64,000 bases of DNA. It comes from Selaginella moellendorffii (Eukaryota > Plantae > Lycopodiophyta). The DNA lies in contig NW_003314266.1 of NCBI RefSeq assembly GCF_000143415.4, positions 1,138,463 to 1,202,462 on the forward strand, written 5' to 3'. The position numbers and the translations under genes were made by a program. The notes under the pieces are model-generated. The model had not been told where the DNA came from. It searched no databases and saw only the letters and a list, made by a program, of their open reading frames with translations. Positions 46,646-61,311 of the stretch are shown here, one piece after another. The number at the start of each line of letters is the position of its first letter. Position 1 is the first letter of the stretch.

Positions 46646-47827
46646 GCATCGTGTTTATTCTTGATATTTTAGTATTTCAAAAAGTTGAAATCATAATTAT
46701 AATTTTAATATAATCATAATTATAACATACATAGTTAACATAACATAACATAATATTTATATTCAAAATCCCTTCTACAAATATAACATAATAAATAATA
46801 TAATAAATTTAACTTATAACATAATATAACATTTAAAACTCTTAGTGCTGCATGATCTTCTATAAATGGAATATTTTGCTGTGGGATTCCATGGCCAGAT
46901 GAGTCAATTAAATATTGAGGCTTGGTAACTATTTTTTTATTTGAAATCTCCATATAATTGATCTACAATTTTTCCTCTTAATAAAAAATGTGTTTCTTAA
47001 GGACACTAAAGTATAATGATTTCAAAAATAAAGATTTAAAACTCACTTAAACTATATACATCTTATAAAATTAAAAAAATATAACAATTTTTATGGAGTT
47101 TTATTTTTCATCTCTTTAGATTGAAAGTTTTGGAATTTCATGATACTAAGTGATAAAAATTACCTTTATGTGCTATATTTTTTAGAATAATTTCAAAATT
47201 ATACATATTTATCTTTGATATTCCCTTATTCCTAATACTTATATTCTCACATTTTGAGAGTAATATTTAATATTAGAAGTATTCTACTTTATATCATTAG
47301 CATTATTTCTGTATGTGTTTTTTAATAGAGAGAATGCTAATGTAAAATAAGTTATTATCTCTCTATTTCATGGATTTATATTTAAAATTAAGGCTTTATT
47401 ACAATATTTTAAAGGCTGATATTTTATAATGATAAATGAATGGCAAGGTTTTACTCTATATTGAGGTAATAATGATATATAAACTTTTTCTTTATTCTAA
47501 AAATATAAAATACCAGAAAATTCATAAATGGTATATAGATAGATTTAATATAATTAAATTTCAATTGATGGTGAATCACATTTCTTTAGATGGTTCTTGT
47601 ACTGATGTTGTCTCAATGATATTTATACCTTATTATTTTTGTCATGTATAATTACAATGTAAGAAAAAATGTTAGAAAATTTATGATATTACATAAATCT
47701 TAGACTACATTTGAGCCAATTGAAATCTCAATATGTTTAATCATTGATGATTGTATTAATAGTCATATAAATTTGTATACTTTTGTTGATAATATGAAAA
47801 AAGAGAAATCTCAGTCTAAGAAGTGAA

Positions 47828-50800
47828 GCTGGGAGTGTCATATACATTTTAGTTGTTTAGTAATTTGGAAAAGTTCCTTATTCGGCTTTTCATTTCTATT
47901 GTTTCTTTATATTTAAAAAGTTAAGAAACATATATATAAGATATTCAAGCATAAGACTTAATAGGTTGTATGTTGAAAGTTTTGAAAGTGAAGGTATGGC
48001 AAAGCACACCTGATTGTAAGAACAACTTGAGCCTTTTCTGTACCATGATATTTTAATACATATTCTATAATTATATTAACCTTGAAGGACATTTCATTGG
48101 TATTTACCAATAGCACATCAAGATTGTAAACATCTATCACTTTGGTTCAATGCTATTATCTTGAATCACTGACACAACTTTGCAATTTCTTGAGATTGCC
48201 CAGATGTTCTTCTAGCAGCTTGTTGAGTAGAGCATTAGCTTGTAGTTATCTGCTTGAGAAGTGTTCACCACATTGAGCTAATGTCCACATGTTATTGCCT
48301 CAACAATCCATACATGTTGGGCTTGTAGAATTGTTTGAAGTATACAAAGCAGTGTCGCCCATGCAATGCAATTATATTCATCTCTTTCCAAGACAAATCT
48401 TGTGCTAATAAAACAAATGTTGATCTGAAGAAGCAACCACTATCTTTCATAATTATTTTATTGTCATTGATGACAAGGGTAGGATAAAATCAGCAATGGT
48501 AGAGGATTCTATTGATCATCCACTGGATTGCGTATCTTGGCTATTGGATGCATCCCCATATAAGCACCATCCACTACATAGAGTTGGCCATCCATAACCA
48601 TATATGCACACAACTTTCAAGGACACAACATTGATGCCAAAGAACTCCATCGATTCATGTGTAGATCAATATAGAACTTTCTGTCAAGAACTTGACACAC
48701 AAATTCTCCTATGTACTATAATCATCCACACTTTCTTGGCACTTCTAGGATTGAATGATCAAGACCTCTTTCCCATGTTTGAGAAACATTGTTACCACCA
48801 GTACACCTTCAATCAATCCTTATACAGAACAATTGTCATAAAACTTGGCATTGGAGACAAGATTCCTCCACACTCTGTTCATTTTATGCATTTGCCCGTG
48901 GGTTGATAATGGCACTCACAAGAGGCACCGGTACCCAGCATCATCATCTAATACAGGAATTAGTGTTGTTGTTGCCATGGTTGAGGGACCTATTTGCCCT
49001 GAATTCAAGAGGCAGACTGTTCATCTCATCACCATTGCTGCCCATTACACACTTTATTATGGATCATTCCATGTACTATTAACCTCAAAGAAAAGTTACC
49101 TACCTGATCATTGCCCTAGCTTTCTTGACATTGATTTGCTCCTGGCCATGACATACCTTCCTCTTGCTATAGCAATTCTCTAGCATTGCCTACCTCTATT
49201 CAATGTATCTCTCACATTCTCCTTGATGCCCATACCCAAGAATCAATAGTGCAAGTTCAACACCTAAAATAGGTTTTCTTTGTCATGTTACTGAATAAAA
49301 AAGGGCCATAACATGTATAAAGTTTTTTTTTTTATTTCCTACAACATTCACAGCTCCAATGGTTTTATATTGGACATTTGATTCTTATACAAGGAAAATA
49401 TGTGGTTGAGGGAGATTAAATTTTATATTAGTTTTTTATTTTATTTTATTTTATTTTATTAGTGAGCTGTATTGGATTGAGTCTTTATAAAGTTTACAAC
49501 ATGTTTGAGATAACTATTTATCATGACACTTATATGAGCTTGGTTTACAAAGGTTATAGCCAATGAAATATAGAGGATTATAATTAAAGTTTGAACCTGC
49601 ATAAAATTAACCATACCATTTGTTAACCATTTGTTAACTTGCATGGTTATGCTAATGTTATGTTAAATATTCTTGAGCAAGCCTGCCTTAGAGGATACTC
49701 ATTTTCCACAAGAATTGTATTATATGCTAGATTATGCTATTTCCAGAAATCCTGCCAAGAGAGAAAAAGAAAAATTATCAAAGAATCTGATAATTGACTA
49801 ACAAAGAGAAAGGTACTGACTACTTGTAGTGAGTTGTCACAGAAACTTGTGATCTAGCAACCCTAGAATGCATGGTCAATAGAGATATCTGAAACAAACC
49901 CTACATGCTAAAATGACTGCTATTGGCAATATATTCAATCACACTCATCCAAGGCACAAGTCCCAGCTTTGCTGGGAGTGTCATGTACATTTTTGTTATT
50001 TAGTAATTCTGAAAAGTTCATATTCATCTTTATATTTGAAAAGTTCATACTAATCATAACATACATAACAATTCTAATATAAAAACACACATCAGAGATA
50101 TTTAGCACCTTTAGTGGTTTGGACAAGACTGCCAATTTGGGATATATCATCATTCATCATACAAGTGTAATTAACTTTTATAATGTAGTATCAGAAATTA
50201 GATGGAGATATAGAAATATAAGTAGCTTTACATATGACAATTCATTTTCTTGACATGACAAGCCAGTTCCCATGTGTTCTTAACCAAACTCTAGTTAAAA
50301 AATCAAATGAGAATATCTATTAGATATCAACTACTATTGTACAAATTATGTGTAGTACTGAACATCCAAGAGCAGCATTAACAACACCGATGCTAAGTGG
50401 TGGCAGAATTAGGAATGTCATATAACTTTGGTAAATAACCATAAATCATCATGGTAAATCACCATAGGATAAAGGGTGAAAACCACGTATGCTACAATAA
50501 TTTCTCATACACAAGATAAATGCTAAATTGGTCAACTCATTATATTGAGAACTAACTTTTTATGTGTCATGAATCTATTATAGAGAATTAATTATCACTA
50601 TATAAGATCACAGTTACCATTAATAATAATTTTTGTGATTGAGTTACTCTAGAGTAAATATATATTTACAAACACTTCTTGATGCATCATAGTTATTTAT
50701 AGTTAGATACAGAACTTTTAGCTATAAAAATTTCCAAATATATATTTTCTGGGAGTGTCATGTACATTTCTGTTATTTAGTAATTTCTAAAATTTTATAT

Positions 50801-50850
50801 TCATCTTTATATATAAAATGTTCATATTAATCTTAACATGCATAACAAAC
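47828..50850 (-). repeat. Three further copies of the Helitron-like subterminal sequence (47828, 49961 with intact hairpin, 50749)
   Basis: ctgggagtgtcat(g/a)tacatt..tttagtaatt.. is shared. 49974-50085 and 50749-50850 align over ~100 bp. Confidence 0.75.
47960..49260 (-). mobile_element. Second PIF/Harbinger-like transposase relic
   Basis: QLYVVDGAY; MFTILMCYW*IPMK (resembles FGILKARW.IL); QVVLTIRCAL..LHFQNF. Heavily decayed. Confidence 0.45.
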
Positions 50851-53189
50851 TTTTCTGAAACCTTTATCGAAAGGCTAACACTATTAGTCATAGTTTTTAA
50901 AAAAATAGTCTACTTTTGTAATAATATGCAAAAAGGAGAAAATTAATGGATGAATCATGAGCTAAAAACCCCACTTTTATTAAATAATTAAATTAATAAT
51001 TAATTAATCATAAATTATATAGTATTTATTAATACATTATCATTCTTGTCAGAAACTATATAATAGTGCAATAATGATTTGGAAATATTTAATTAATTTA
51101 ATAATTTTAAATGAAAATAACAAATAATATATTATTATATTCTTTGTTGATAATATTCTACTTAAATATTTTATTTTAATATTATAAATATTCTTTTATG
51201 AATAAATATACTTTAAATGATTTTATAATTCTTCACTTTACTTTCTTATTAAATTTTCAAGTTTTAATAGAATTGGGCTTTCAAAGAATTCTTTCTTTAT
51301 ATTTAGTAAATTTTAGTCAAGCTGATATAGAAATATTATATTATCATTTATATTTTGTTACTTTAGTGGTGTTAGTAGTGTTTCAATAACATTTTTGGAA
51401 TTATTTTAAAAAAGACCAACCGTCTATGGTCAGAGACAATTATACAATTACATGGTTATTTGATCAAAGAAAAGCTAGAATGTTTTATATGGAGTTTCTT
51501 ATATTCCTGTTTGATATATAAATAGAAATACTATAATTATAAAATGTTTTTGGTTTTCTTATGTAAACAAATTGGGTAGTTGATGTACCTAGATTATACT
51601 TAGGTATTTGGGATATTCTACTATCTAATAGTTGTTATTCATTATGATTAGTCTTTTATTTATAATTTTGAAATGTGTTTAGAATTTATAGACTTTCCCA
51701 GATACATATTGTATACTCTAGTTTATTCTACCATCTAATAATTGATATACAATAAGATTAATCTTGCAAACTAAGTGTTTCTCTATGTAACACACTGTTA
51801 TTTCATGTTATATATCTGTGTTTGCCATAACAGTTTTTTAGTAACATAATTATCACAATGAAGGTTGAAACTCATATTCTTTACTGTTCATATATACTTT
51901 TTTGATATTTCATAGGGCTTGATCTTCAGAGATGCCAAGTAGCATTGGATACCATTCCATTGCATGTCCCACAACCAGAGCAAAATCACCATAAGACAAT
52001 AACCAGCCTCAGCCTACTTTGGTCATATTATAGCAATAGATCATGGTGGTTCGATAATAGATCATTGTTCCCAGCAATCTCCTAATGTTTTGCATTACTA
52101 TAACGTTTATCAGTGGGTTCTGTTAAAGCTAGAAAACAGAGCAAGGACTTAAATCCATTAGCTGTAAATGAATTGTTACCTTCTTTTATAATATTGCAGC
52201 TCTAGGCAATGTGATATCTTCAAAATTGGGAAAAATAAAAAAGAACTACATCAAGGGCCTAAAGCTTCCATCTACTGCTCTATACTTCCTTGGAGATTCC
52301 CTTCCTTGTATAATTTCCTATGCTCTACTCTAACAGCTAAGAAGACCTCCCCTAGTGAGCACATGTTTCCTTCAGAAGCTCGCTTTTGTTACTGCTGCTC
52401 TTACCAAAAGGACAAGAAGAGGTAAAAAAAACAATAAGAGGCCAGGTGAGCAATGAGGCCGTGGTTGTGAAGTGGAGGTGATAGGCTCTGTAGAAGTGGA
52501 AGATTGCTTCCTGGGGTTTTCAAGGCTGCAGAACTTAAGCCTCTAGTTGGAGACGTGACTCTGACTTGTGAACTCTCTTGGGTAGGTCAGCTTTATAAAT
52601 CTGTGAAACAAAGAGCTAAACTTCCACTTTGGATTAACAATAAAACTGGAAAAACAGGAACTTTAATGAACCGGAAAGCATGAGAGTGAGGCACTCACTA
52701 CTTAGCACGTCGCTTGGATTACCTCGTTGAGCTGGGTGTGAAGATATTTGGAATTCACCAGTGGACATCTTGAGCAGAGGCTGCCAGAGCAATTGTAGTC
52801 GGGTCTTTGGCAACTGGAGAGCTCAATCAATCTCTTTGGCTGAAGTTACTCTAGATTATTTTTCAGTGGCTCCTCGATATTGATATCGATAAGATCGTTT
52901 GCTGGAAGGATCTCCTCAAGATCTTTGCGGACCAGTGATCGAACAGAGAGGGGTGCTCGGCTGTGATGTGTTACCACCACCACATTCTGCATAAACCCTA
53001 GCCTTAACCATTCCATCTCGTGGCCACTCTAGTCTCTGGGACAAAGGATCTAGCTCGCGGCCACTCTGGTCTCCAGGACAAAGGATCCAGCTCCCAATCC
53101 GTGGTGGAGTCCATTCCATCCTCTTCTGTGACAACTGCCTAGAGTTAACAACTATTGTATTAAAACCATGCACAACGTGTCTAACAGCC

Positions 53190-53640
53190 TCACTCTTGTC
53201 GAGACCCATTCTGATGAGTGCATCCAACAGCTAATCTGATCCATTGTGGAGGCAACAGCACAAGGAACTCCCGCTGAATAAAGAGCTGCCAGCCATTCTC
53301 GTGGGCCAGCACTTGCAAAACAAGTTTCATGACAAACTGTAAACCTTGGATAGCTCTGTATATTTCTGATAGCCAATTCATCAATCCATACTCCGCCCAA
53401 GCTAGCTGGGAAAACAAAGTTACATTTCACTCTAACCTCTTCAGACTAACCACCCTTTTCAGGTCATGCTTGGAGGTACTACAAACGATCAATTGCCACT
53501 TCTCCTTATCCAGATCATCTCCAATAATTTTTTCTGCAAAAATGGTGAAAACAAAAAATCGATATAAAAAAGAGACCTTCCTCCAACGATGTCCCAGTCT
53601 CTGCAGTTCCTGGGACTTTGTCAAGTCGGGAGTGGACTTG
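53190..53640 (-). pseudogene. HAD-superfamily (CbbY/ARPP-phosphatase-like) fragment in a chimeric coding-like block
   Basis: LSEIYRAIQG..PREWLAALYSAGVPCAVASTMD..DALIRMGLDK. Confidence 0.6.
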
Positions 53641-54691
53641 TACACGTCCATGGCTGTAACGCTTGAAAGCTGATGCCAGTCGGCACTCATGGCAAGATCT
53701 AAAACAAAAGGGACCTCAGCAGTAGTGATCTCGTCCAGGAGGGTGCCAAGAGCTGGTCGAGAGTGATCGGCAGCCTGTTGTCGCGGCCTGGGACTCTTGT
53801 GAGCCAGATTGTGCACGATAATTACCAAGTCAAGGCTTTATATGGATCTGCTCTCAACAAACCATTCTTCAGCTGCTCTTCTTCATATGATAGGTCCTAT
53901 ATAGAACCAATTGGTAAACCAATCAAAGCAGAGTAAGGAAGAAATTTTTACCTGAAAGTTAACGCCTACTGAATCTATGTATCCTACACTGCATGAAACG
54001 CTTTCATGACACTTGATGTCTGGAAAAAAAATTGTTGATATCAGTGTTCATGCTATGCCACCACAGTGCATAATATGGAGGTCTTTCCAGCACCCTGCCA
54101 TGCCACTTGATTAGTAACATACGTGATTAATTAAAAAAAGTGATTTACCTCCAAACAAGAAGTCGTACCCATTTTTAGTTTCATAGACACGCTCTTCGTC
54201 ACAGAGTTAGTGCTACATAGTATAGTAGCTTGACTTAGACCTTCCACAGAAATATTAAGACTCTTCACACCCTCACTGTCCACAAAACCTTTTCTACATG
54301 AGTTTTCAAGATTGTAGCACACCTGCACATTACCTGACGGGAATGAGCAACAAGACCTTGAGCAGCTCATCGTCTGAGGAACCAGAGGAGATGACTCAGA
54401 TGCTGGAGCTGGTTGTCGTTCCAGATTGGTTCTTCACTTCTCTGGAATTTTTTCTGGGCTACGAGAAGAGTGCCTCCATGGTTTATAGTCAGGTATATTG
54501 AGTTGCCTCCCATTAATCGATGAGAAGTTCTACTGCTAACCTCTTCCAGAGTTTTGGTGTGGCTCCTTGAGAATCACTGGAGGATAATAACCGGAGGATG
54601 CAGCACCGTCTTCTTCTTCTCCTTGCTCTTGGCTGGAGGTGCTAAGAAAAGAAGCATTCATAATTCCAGATTTACCTACCAATCCGTGGAA

Positions 54692-54791
54692 NNNNNNNNN
54701 NNNNNNNNNNNNNNNNNNNNNNNNNNNNNNNNNNNNNNNNNNNNNNNNNNNNNNNNNNNNNNNNNNNNNNNNNNNNNNNNNNNNNNNNNNN
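54692..54791. other. Assembly gap (100 N)
   Basis: Run of exactly 100 N. Confidence 1.
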
Positions 54792-55695
54792 CAAACCGCG
54801 AAGAATCGGGCATCGAATTCTGACCTCTAGTGGAAAATATAAGTAGTCTGCAAGAACAGAATCCAGGAGAGAGTACATCTGCCCGCTGCCTCTCCCGTCG
54901 CTGAATGCATTTTTTCCAGCCCTAAAAAGCCACATAAAATTTTTCTCTGATTTGAAACGACATGACCTTCGACAATTAGATCTTGGCCGTTAGATCTCAG
55001 CATATGCCCAGAATAAGTGTCGCCAGTATATGCTATTATTATACGGGCTCTTTTGTTTAAATATATGAGTATATGATGATGATGATGTGGGGCATTGTGG
55101 CAACTTAAGGATAACTACAATAATGTATATTAACTTTATATTTTTCCTTGATCATAATTAATTTATTACTTATTTTTGTAAATAATGGAGTTAATAAATA
55201 ACAAAGATTTTTTTAATTTAAAAATGTTTTACATAGGACTACATTGTCTAAAATGTTTATAAACTTAAAAAAACTCAATATAAAAATCTAAATAAACTTT
55301 ATGACTAATGTATCACAATGTTTTTTATTAACTTGGCATTCTAATTATTTTCATAATCCAAGGGCATAAAAAATAAACAAATTATATAAAATAGGTTTTT
55401 TTCTAATATTTTTTGGAATTAATTATTTATTTCCATATTTAAGTTGCATATTTTTGAATTACAGATATCCTTTTGTAAAGTAATTCAAATGAGATAACTT
55501 AAATTTTAAAATTATCGTCAAGTGGAATTAATTAGATATACTATGATGTTTTTGAGTATGACATACTATAGCTTAAAATTAAATTTTTTATTTTATTTTT
55601 ATGTGATTTAAAATAAAATTTTCACTATGAATAATAGTTTAAATTATAGAAGTTATAGTGATATTAATTAGTCATAACTATAACAAATTTGCCAC

Positions 55696-58600
55696 TGTGA
55701 GGGCTAAGTGTACAGCTACGATACCATATACTAATATTAGCATATTGGGATTTTGGTAGCCATTGGATTGGTTTCAATTTGGACCACTCGCTTTTGTATA
55801 TAAACTAGGGTTTTTGGGTTAATTGATATGCACATTTTTTGTATTCTCTTTCCATATTCTAAGCACTTATATTGATGGAGATGAGAGGCACCTTTGTTTG
55901 TCCCTAAAGAGTGTTTGGATTTAGGATTTTGATTTAGATCTAGCTTTTGCATTGTCTAAATCTAGCTTTTTCCATTTCATTTCCTTTATTTTTTCCTTTC
56001 AGAATTTGGCTTAAATTTAACTTTTGCATTGCCTAGATCTCCCTTTCCTTCTAACTTTTTTTCATTTCATTTCTTTTACTCTTTCTTTTTCATTTATCTT
56101 CATGGTAGAGCAACAATCTCTTCCTCCTCTAACTTTGGAGTAGTAGTTGGTGCAATTGCTTGATACTATATGATTGCAATTGAACAACAAAACTTAGTTG
56201 ATGACAACATTCATGACACGTGGTACAACTCCTTTTGCTCTTGGTGCTAATCCTCGTGTTCGGCCGAAGTTCTTTTGCGAGAATCTTAGGGGTGATGTGT
56301 ACTATTAGTTCGATCACTTCACGGTGATTGCCACATATCATTCTTGGGATGATGCTTAACGTTTGCGTGAGTTTCCCACGTGTCTCCAAGGGCTAGCATT
56401 GTAGTGGTACAATAGTTTGAGCATAGCCACTCGTGGGGATTGGAGTGTTCTCCCGAACGTTTTCAAACGTGCCTTTAGACATGCTGACGACTGTGATGAT
56501 GCCTTCTAACAATTCGTCTTCATCAAGGGCCATCTGAGTCGATGATGCAATTTGGTGTTCGTTTCCGAAGTCTTTTGCTTCGTGCGGAGCCAAATATGTC
56601 AGAGTGGAATGTTGTGGCTAGCAAGATTTTGTCAGACTTGTGCATGCACTTACTCCTGCCACTCTTGACAATGCTCTTTGCTTGGCACAATGTTATAAGA
56701 CATCACCTCTTCCACTTCTCGCTGCACGTTCTTCAACTCCACTTCCTATGGGTGATGGTCATGTTCCAATGGAGCGGCCCTATTGGTGTTTACCGGATTG
56801 GCAACTTCCATTTCCTGGGTAGAGACTTTGGCGTCCACAACATCCCGTTGGTGCTGCTACAGTGGAAGGTTTGGACACTGAGATGCATTCAAGAAATGAG
56901 GAGTCACGCAAGTAATGGAGGGACCTTGCATGAATAAGTCAATGACCCCTCCATCTTTCTTTCGGGAGTATCATCAAGGGGTTCATTCAGCATCGGTTCA
57001 TCCAGTATTTACTTTCCAAGCTCATTTTTATAACAAAAGGTCTTCTATTATTCTCTCTATGTTGGTTGATACAGGTTCGAGTTTATCTTCTATTGCTCGA
57101 CCTGTTACCACACACACATTACCGTCTACACTTGTGTCGTGCGGCAGAACTAGTTTTCATTCTTTATGGCAATGGTTGTACACATACATGTGCACGGGAT
57201 TGAGTTGCAGTCATTGCAAGTGGTGCCAAGTCAACCTTTTGACCTCATTCTTAGTATGGATTAGTTGCAACACAATTATGCCAAGTGTGACTTTGAGGCT
57301 TCTCCCCCCTGTCTCATATTTCCTTATGTTTGATCCATTCCTTTCACTTTCATACCTCTTTGTCCCTCTACTTTTACCTTTGCTTCCATTACTTTTGTTC
57401 CCCCATTATTTCCTCTTATGTTTCCATTTTGTTCTACTCTTCCCTTTTCCGATCCCTCCGACAATCTTTGTATTGCAGCAGTTGACCAGCTCATGAAGGA
57501 GTATTCTGATCTCTTTGAATTTGACCTATCATTTGGGGCCAAGATTGCCACATGTCATCCGATTCCAACCGGGGATGCTCATCCAATCAAGGTTTCTGTT
57601 CGTCGTTGGTCACCTAAGGAAGTCAAGATTTTACATACAAACATCAAGGAGATGTTAGGAAAGGGTGTTATTCGGAAATCGTGGACTCCTTGGGCATGTG
57701 AACCTCATCTTGTAATGAATCCTGATGGGAGTATTCATTCTACATCGACTATCGTCCATTAAACGAAGTGGTGATCCCAAATGTGTACCCTCTTCTTCAC
57801 ACTGCTGATCTCCTAGATCGTTTGGGGTGAAGTCATTGGTTCACCAAGTTAGATCTTGCTTCTGGGTAATGGCAAGTACCAATGGCTGAAGCAGATATTC
57901 CTAAGATTATTTTTCATACACCATTTGGTTTGTATAAGTTCTTAGTGATGCTATTTGGTTTGAACAATGCTCTAGCAACTTTCTAGCAGATGATGGATGA
58001 GGTTCTTTGCAATATGTTGAAAGTGACTACTGACTTCATTGATGATGTCTTGATTCATTCGGAGGGGACATGGGAGGAGCATGTTTGTGATGTTTGTAAA
58101 GTGTTTGATTGGCTACGTGACATTTGTTTAAAGCTAAAGCGGTTGAAGTGCATGTTTGGGTCCAACGACACAACTTATCTTGGGTACCGTATTTCTCATG
58201 AGGGTTTGCAAATTGATCTTGACAAACTTGTGGCTATTATAAAGTTCCTTACTTCGAAGTGTGTAAATAATGTGCAACACTTCTTGGGCAAGGTGTAGTA
58301 TCTCGGTCGTTTTGTGGATTATCTTTTTGATCGCACTTCACCATTGCGAGCGTTGCTGAAGTCATCAACGTCATCTTTCATTTAGTCTCCGGATTGTGAA
58401 CAGGCGTTTGTGGATCTCAAAGAGCTATTAACAATTCCTCCGATTTTGGCATATTTTGATTACACTCAACCTTTTATTTTGTGCATACATGTTTCTGACA
58501 TTGGTCTTGGAGGTGTGTTGATGCAAGAGAGCTCGAGTGTGCCTGGTCAGCACCATCCCATTGCATATAGAAGCTGTATGTTACAACCGACGGAGATGAA

Positions 58601-60500
58601 CTACTCTACAACAAAGAAGGAGTGTTTAGCAGTAGTCTAGGTTTCGAGAAACTTTATGCATATCTATATGGTTCTCGAGCGTTACTTGAAAGTAACCATG
58701 CTACTGTTACTTCATTATTGAAGTGGAAGAACTTAATTGGTCGTACTGCTTGATGGGCTTTGAAGCTTCAGATATATGATTTTGATATTGTTCATCGCTA
58801 AGGGAGTTCTATGGCTAATGTTGATGCCCTTTTTCGAGCTCCTCTTCCTTCTCCACTCTCTTCTCATGTTTCTGATGAGCCTGTTGTTTCAGCATCTGTG
58901 GATATTCTAGACGAGGATTTTGTGCCGTCTGCAGTTGTTGTACTTGATGTTCAGTGTCCACAATGCGTAGAGCAAGATCTACCTTCTTTTGATGAGGTTC
59001 GCGAGGCTCAAAAGATTGAGCCATGGATTCAAAGGCTTCGAGATGGGTTTGAGAATCTTGCATCACTTGCTGATGATTTGCCTTTTTGGCATTTACATTT
59101 TCAATATCGCTTTGAAGATGGCCTTCTTTATTTTGTAGGGACGGATCCTAATGATCATTTACGGTTGGTGGTGCCTTCTGTCTTTATTCTATGGTTTTTC
59201 CATGCCTACCATGATTTTCTTGTTCTAGGTGGGCATATAGGATATCGTCATGTAACCGAGAAGTTGTGCAGATCTTTCTATTAGCCGGAGATGTGACATG
59301 ATATTATTCGGTATGTGCGTAGCTGCATTTGGTGCCAAGCTCGTAATACTCCCCCTTGTGCTGCAGAAGGACGGTTGGAATCAATTGCAATTTCCCGTCC
59401 GTTTGAGTTGGTAGCATTTGATCTTATGGGACCTTTTTCCATAATCGGCTATTGGCAATGAGTATGTTATTATTGCTTCTAACTACTTGACTCATTGGGT
59501 GGAAGTTGGTGCTTTTGCTAACTCTTTTGTAACTGTTGTTAGATACTTCCTCCTCAATCGAGTGGTGTTCTAGTATTCTTGTCTAGAGCGGATTCTTTTG
59601 GATAATGGTCCCATATTTATGGCTGAGGCATTTTATGTTTTGACATCTCAGTTGGGGATATGCCACACTTTCACAAGTGCTTATCATCCACAATCAGACA
59701 GTCTAGTGGAATGGCTCGTTCGGACATTCAAAAGGATGATTACGAAGTATGTGAACTTTCAGCATTCGGATTGGGATGGTTATTTGTTGTCTCTTCGGTA
59801 TGCATATGTCACAAAGGTGTAGAGTTCTATTGGTGCTTCACTATATAAACTTCTATATGGTCATGATCCAATATTACCAACGGAATTGAGTTTACCTTCC
59901 GCGATTGTTACGAAGTTGCTAATGCTAAGTTGTGGGATCAGTATTTCACAAGCATTCTTCCATTTGTCCAAACAGAGTCTGCCGAACACTTAGGCCGTGT
60001 ATAAATGGGAAAAGAACACGCTACAACTCCCATCATCGTCCATTTGTGGAATACAAAGTGGATAATTTGGTGTTAGTCTGTTTTCCCTATCTTACGGTAT
60101 GTGGTTTATATAAGGGGCTCCTTACGCGGTGGAAAGGACTATATCAAGTGTTGCGGCAAGTTGGACCACAAGTTTATGAGGTTTGGCATGACGTCCAGCA
60201 AGCCGATCCTCCAGAGATTGTGCATGTGTAGCGGTTGAAACGTTTCATATAAAGGGATCAAAAGTAGTTAATACCACCTATAGATCCGCCAATGCCTCCT
60301 TCTGATGTTCCTCTAGATCCCAACCCATCTATAAGAGAACTCTAATGGTCTTCCATTATTCTGAGAGGAGGGGATGATGTGAGGGCCAAGTGTACAGCTA
60401 CGATGCCGTATACTAATATTAGCATAGTGGGATTTTGGTAGCTGTTAGATTGGTTTCAATCCAAACCACTCGCTTCTGTATATAAACTAGGGTTTTTGGA
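55696..60500 (+). mobile_element. Ty3/Gypsy LTR retrotransposon (non-chromo), decayed; 3' LTR appears truncated
   Basis: LTR starts tgtgaggg..gtgtacagctacgat at 55696 and 60378, after PPT gagaggaggggatga. Protease LVDTGSS, RT FTKLDLASG..FIDDVLI, RNaseH GLGGVL..NYSTTKKECLAVV, integrase DNGP..SAYHPQSD. Possible degenerate tRNA-Ala PBS tgatggagatgagagg at ~55872. Confidence 0.92.
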
Positions 60501-61311
60501 ATCAATTCTTCTATTCTTCTAACAATTAAATTAATTGTGAAAACTATTATAAGTATTTATAATAATGTAATCATGTTTATACCAAGTTGACAAAAATTTT
60601 ATAAACATTAGTGTAAAGATTGAGAAGATATTTAACATAAATTAATAACAAAGCTACTCTTAAGAAATAGAATAATTGTAATCATTTGTATCAGTAATCT
60701 CATTGGTGACTTTTTCCCATTGTTTCCAGCTATGGAAGTGAAAAATACAAGAAATAATAACATTTTGGACAACAATTGTACTAAATAAATTTGATTGATC
60801 TGATAATGTTAAATTGGTAATAACTTAAGACAATACTAATATGGATAATCAAGTATTGTTTCTTATTTCCAGCTCTATAAATTCACCTTTGTTTCATGCA
60901 TTGATTGTTTCTTTGGCAAGTTTGGATGATGTAAAAATATGATGAGGAGTGGCCTGGGTTGATGCTTCTTGGCAGGGATGGATGTATTCCCTGGCTTACT
61001 TCCACTATATGCTCCAGAATCTTAGCTCATTTGTGTGGAACATAGTCACAATCATGCTAGGATGCATACTGGGTGAGGCAATGGGACAGGTGGCTGAATG
61101 AGCTATCTAGTCAACACTGGCAGGCTGGTTCGGCTTGCCATAACCAAGAACTCAATCAGTCAGTAGCCTGTTCTTTTGTTCTTTCTTCTTGACATTTCTT
61201 CTAAAATAAATTATTTGTAACACAAAGTATATGTCTTCTCTTCTTTTTTTTCCCTCCAGAATGGAAGTTTGCATGAATGAAGCTTTTCTTCGTTTGACGA
61301 TCCATTTACTT

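Noticed and set aside
39800-51900. Short ORFs in AT-rich DNA (e.g. 43640-43843, 46735-46953, 47436-47651, 51198-51389)
   Set aside because: Low-complexity I/L/F/Y/N-rich translations typical of non-coding or decayed TE DNA.
54554-54935. ORFs spanning the N run
   Set aside because: Artefacts of translating through the gap.
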